DNA of 1,372 nucleotides, taken from NCBI GenBank assembly GCA_000004985.1, contig GG739437.1. One strand, given 5' to 3'. Every line of letters begins with the position of its first letter. Position 1 is the stretch's first letter. The position numbers and the translations under genes were made by a program. The notes below the pieces were generated by a model. The model was not told the DNA's origin, ran no database searches, and saw nothing but the letters and a program-made list of their open reading frames with translations. Source of the stretch: Naegleria gruberi (taxonomy: Eukaryota). Positions 1 to 1,372 of the stretch are shown in pieces.

Positions 1-57
1 AGTGTTGTGTGATGTAATGTGTGGATTATTTCCAGCTTAGTAGAACAAAAGAAGAAA

Positions 58-306
58 ATGCTAATTAAAAGGCCACCGGCAGCATATATTATATTTGTAA
101 AGAGAGCAAGAGAAAAAATTACACAAGAAAATCCTACAATGACTGTTATGGAAATTTCTAAAAAAATGGCATACATTTGGAAAGATATGAATGGTGATGA
201 CAAGCAATTTTATGTAGAACAAGCAATTCAAGAAAAATTGAAATATCAAAAACAAAAAGAAGAATTCGTATATTGTATTAGTGGATTAGATGAAAATGTT
301 AATTAA
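58..306 (+). CDS. SOX/MATA-type HMG-box DNA-binding protein of about 82 aa, essentially a single HMG box. Alternative models: the frame is open from 19 (in-frame TGA at 10-12), and a strong acceptor-like motif at 26-35 means this could instead be a downstream exon of a larger gene.
   Basis: Translation read directly: MLIKRPPAAYIIFVKRAREKITQENPTMTVMEISKKMAYIWKDMNGDDKQFYVEQAIQEKLKYQKQKEEF.... It matches the hallmark positions of sequence-specific HMG boxes. Compare the SOX consensus vKRPMNAFMVWsr..R.k.aqENP.mhNsEISKrLG.eWK.l...K.pf..eA. The ATG at 58 sits in an A-rich context (aaaATGc). There is strong A/T third-position codon bias. The stop is TAA at 304-306 and AATAAA lies at 346-351. The track ORF start at 19 is a GTG, which is not a plausible eukaryotic start. 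Confidence 0.7.
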   Translation: MLIKRPPAAYIIFVKRAREKITQENPTMTVMEISKKMAYIWKDMNGDDKQFYVEQAIQEKLKYQKQKEEFVYCISGLDENVN

Positions 307-345
307 CAAGAGGATGGCAAGAATTAACATTGAGGGATCAATAAT

Positions 346-351
346 TAATAA
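346..351 (+). promoter_or_regulatory. Candidate poly(A) signal AATAAA about 40 nt downstream of the HMG-box ORF stop.
   Basis: Hexamer read directly (attAATAAAtgg). Hexamers of this kind occur frequently by chance in AT-rich DNA, so support is weak. Confidence 0.15.
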
Positions 352-570
352 ATGGATTTCATTCATCAACAGATTCTTTTGGAGTGGTTTTTAGAACTAT
401 TTTAATATTGATAAGGATTTTGTTATATTTCTAAATTGAAATTGCATATTTATGGTTGGGATGATTATCTGTTAGAAGGAAATGGCTCTCTGATACAGAG
501 TGGTGATATTAAAAGAGACAATTTATGATAGTTACATCGGCTTTTGAGAGAATATTGGTAAAAAGATAAA

Positions 571-660
571 AGACTACAGCACCACAGGTTCCCAAGTTGT
601 CTCCAACCTCAGTACTGATGTGGCTCGACGATGCTTAACTTCTCAAATCGGACTAGCCAT
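571..660. other. GC-richer island of about 90 nt (roughly half G+C by hand count) inside an otherwise AT-rich non-coding stretch. Function unknown.
   Basis: Hand count of G+C is 44 of 90 over agactacagcaccacaggttcccaagttgtctccaacctcagtactgatgtggctcgacgatgcttaacttctcaaatcggactagccat. Surrounding sequence is visibly much more AT-rich. There is no convincing tRNA cloverleaf or snoRNA box arrangement. The plus-strand frame is open for only about 43 codons with no ATG. Confidence 0.3.
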
Positions 661-789
661 TCATAATCATAAAATCTGAAACACAAGGACAATGACCCTA
701 ACTTTCCTTTATCAACATACATATATCTTTTTTTAAATAACATCATATTATTGGTAGTGATAAGATACATTTTTATTATCCATGATTTA

Positions 790-1011
790 CTAATTGAATG
801 AATGAACCAGATTTTGTTCAGCCTTAAAATTGATAACTTGAACAACTCCTGCAACACCAACATTAACAGATCCAATTATACTTGAAATATTGGCAACAAA
901 AGAATTAGAATTAATGAGTTGATTATTGTAAAATTGAGAGCGTTTCAATGGAGAGAGGGTGTTAGTTCCATAGACGATTCTATCAGAATTACTTTCCACG
1001 AGAAGTACCAC
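790..1011 (-). CDS. Candidate coding segment of unknown product. It is either a small independent ORF or, more plausibly, the terminal exon of the gene entering at the right edge.
   Basis: Track ORF with the stop included: VLLVESNSDRIVYGTNTLSPLKRSQFYNNQLINSNSFVANISSIIGSVNVGVAGVVQVINFKAEQNLVHSFN*. Its listed 'start' is GTG (plus 1009-1011) and there is no ATG at the 5' end, so as a standalone eukaryotic gene it lacks a start. The frame is exactly the one produced by splicing the donor at minus 1213 to the acceptor ending at 1011. The N/S/V-rich composition is plausible for an AT-rich eukaryote but partly low-complexity. AATAAA on the minus strand (plus 772-777) lies 13-18 nt beyond its stop. 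Confidence 0.3.
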   Translation of the reverse strand: MVLLVESNSDRIVYGTNTLSPLKRSQFYNNQLINSNSFVANISSIIGSVNVGVAGVVQVINFKAEQNLVHSFN

Positions 1012-1213
1012 TAATGGGAATAGTTTTGAGTATTTGATTTTTTTTTTCTTGTTTTAAACAATGAACAATTTTGGCAAATGATTAAGGCTATTCCTATTCG
1101 TCTTACTACTTTTTCGTTATTTTTTATTCTTTCAATATTAGCTAAAGTTCAAATATTTTGATCTCCAAAACGAGAGGGTAATACCTTAACTCCAATTTTT
1201 GCAATCTTCTTAC
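1011..1213 (-). other. Candidate spliceosomal intron of 203 nt, phase 1, on the minus strand. It would join the 1370..1214 frame to the 1010..790 frame.
   Basis: Minus-strand GTAAGA at 1213..1208 (with an overlapping GTGAGT at 1217..1212) is a consensus-like 5' splice site. Minus-strand ...ctattcccattAG ending at 1011 is a pyrimidine-rich 3' splice site. Splicing ...tat gtg a | tg gta ctt... yields ...GENYV-M-VLLVESNSD... reading through to the TAG at 792..790. Only a weak branch-point-like 'tactcaa' lies upstream of the acceptor. Confidence 0.25.
1038..1047. repeat. Homopolymer T10 (A10 on the minus strand). It sits inside the candidate intron, or in the intergenic region if there is no intron.
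   Basis: Read directly: gatttttttttt ct. Confidence 0.9.
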
Positions 1214-1372
1214 TCACATAATTTTCTCCTTCCTCAACAAGTAATCGTTCTCCATTGTAAATAACTTCATTGTAAGGAAGATAGGTAGCCCTACTCAAAT
1301 AAAGTGAAATACTGTGAGCACTGTGAATGAAATGAGATCCCTTTTCAAAGACAATGTAGAGTTGGACAAATA
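1149..1372 (-). CDS. 3' part of a protein-coding gene of unknown product. It enters from beyond the right window edge and is truncated at its 5' end. The frame is open from 1370 down to 1152, with TGA at 1151..1149. It may not be the true terminal exon (see the intron candidate).
   Basis: Manual reverse-complement translation in the frame beginning at 1370: FVQLYIVFEKGSHFIHSAHSISLYLSRATYLPYNEVIYNGERLLVEEGENYVSKKIAKIGVKVLPSRFGDQNI*. That is 73 sense codons without a stop in an AT-rich sequence where random open frames are short. The composition is protein-like. It is absent from the ORF track only because no start codon lies inside the window. I recognise no family from this fragment. Confidence 0.45.
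   Translation of the reverse strand, partial: FVQLYIVFEKGSHFIHSAHSISLYLSRATYLPYNEVIYNGERLLVEEGENYVSKKIAKIGVKVLPSRFGDQNI

Noticed and set aside
61-255. Track ORF on the minus strand (64 aa, MFLIFQFFLNCLFYIKLL...) antisense to the HMG-box gene
   Set aside because: It overlaps the well-supported HMG-box CDS almost entirely. Its F/L/I/C/N-rich composition is what the complement of A-rich codons produces. It has no recognisable domain, so it is most likely an antisense artefact.
268-306. Possible GT donor (gtatat at 268-273) immediately after the last HMG-box residue (..KEEF|gtatat), which would make the box an exon ending exactly at the domain boundary
   Set aside because: GTATAT is a weak donor in this context. 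No downstream plus-strand open frame or acceptor is visible to receive it. The in-frame stop only 12 codons later gives an equally simple unspliced model.
298-338. Imperfect direct repeat aattaacaaGAGGatgg / aattaacattGAGGGatca just downstream of the HMG-box stop
   Set aside because: It is only about 16 nt, imperfect, and in AT-rich sequence where such short repeats are common. It has no inverted partner and no target-site-duplication-like context.
571-660. A tRNA or other cloverleaf RNA in the GC-rich island (aggttcccaag resembles a T-loop)
   Set aside because: I could not build a T-stem around ttcccaa (acagg versus gttgt do not pair). I also found no acceptor stem or anticodon arm of the right spacing.
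612-680. C/D-box snoRNA-like motifs (CTGATG near 615-620 and CTGA at 676-679, about 55 nt apart)
   Set aside because: The putative C box is TGATGT rather than RUGAUGA. No terminal stem can be formed from the flanks (cctcagta versus aacacaagg). No D'/C' boxes or guide region are evident. Treated as chance.
609-875. Track ORF on the minus strand (88 aa, MDLLMLVLQELFKLSILRLNKIWFIH...)
   Set aside because: Its composition is aromatic, hydrophobic and low-complexity, typical of spurious ORFs in AT-rich DNA. It overlaps the 3' end of the better candidate ORF 790..1011 in another frame and has no recognisable motif. It runs through the GC-rich island, but only as antisense of a stop-free stretch.
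234-937. Recurrent AAAATTGA / AAATTGA octamer at 234-241, 433-439, 826-833 and 930-937, the same string as the mimivirus early-promoter motif
   Set aside because: Three of the four copies lie inside coding sequence or on its antisense strand, not in the 50-150 nt upstream of gene starts. A-rich K/L/I codon strings generate this motif readily. There is no other sign of giant-virus gene density or organisation in the window.
1-1372. Prokaryotic defence or mobile-element architecture (CRISPR repeats, toxin-antitoxin pairs, integrase or transposase genes, terminal inverted repeats)
   Set aside because: There are no direct-repeat arrays, no recognisable prokaryotic gene families, and no RBS-coupled operon structure. 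The only recognisable domain is a eukaryotic-type HMG box. With 1.4 kb of eukaryote-like sequence, no such system can be supported.

Overview
The window is AT-rich and looks eukaryotic, not prokaryotic. That rests on three things: A/T-ending codon bias, splice-site-like motifs, and a protein domain (HMG box) that is essentially confined to eukaryotes. Three things are supportable. (1) A short plus-strand ORF at 58..306 (ATG 58, stop TAA 304-306) encodes little more than one SOX/MATA-class HMG box (IKRPPAAYIIF...ITQENPTMTVMEISKKMAYIWKDM...). (2) A roughly 480-840 nt AT-rich non-coding stretch follows, containing one conspicuous GC-richer island of about 90 nt (571-660). (3) A convergently oriented minus-strand gene enters from the right edge. 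Its frame is open from 1370 down to a TGA at 1149-1151, and the six-frame track misses it because no start codon lies inside the window. A consensus-like donor (GTAAGA, minus 1213..1208) and acceptor (ttcccattAG, minus 1020..1011) could splice that gene in frame into the listed minus ORF 790..1011. Two of the four ORFs in the track begin at GTG, which reflects the bacterial start-codon rules of the ORF caller. The other two track ORFs (61..255 -, 609..875 -) look like antisense or AT-rich noise. I see no CRISPR array, RNA gene, transposon terminus or prokaryotic defence-system architecture. The most interesting element is the near-minimal HMG-box gene, which is a mating-type- or sex-locus-like transcription factor candidate. 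Its function, and any claim of novelty, cannot be established from 1.4 kb without database searches and flanking sequence.
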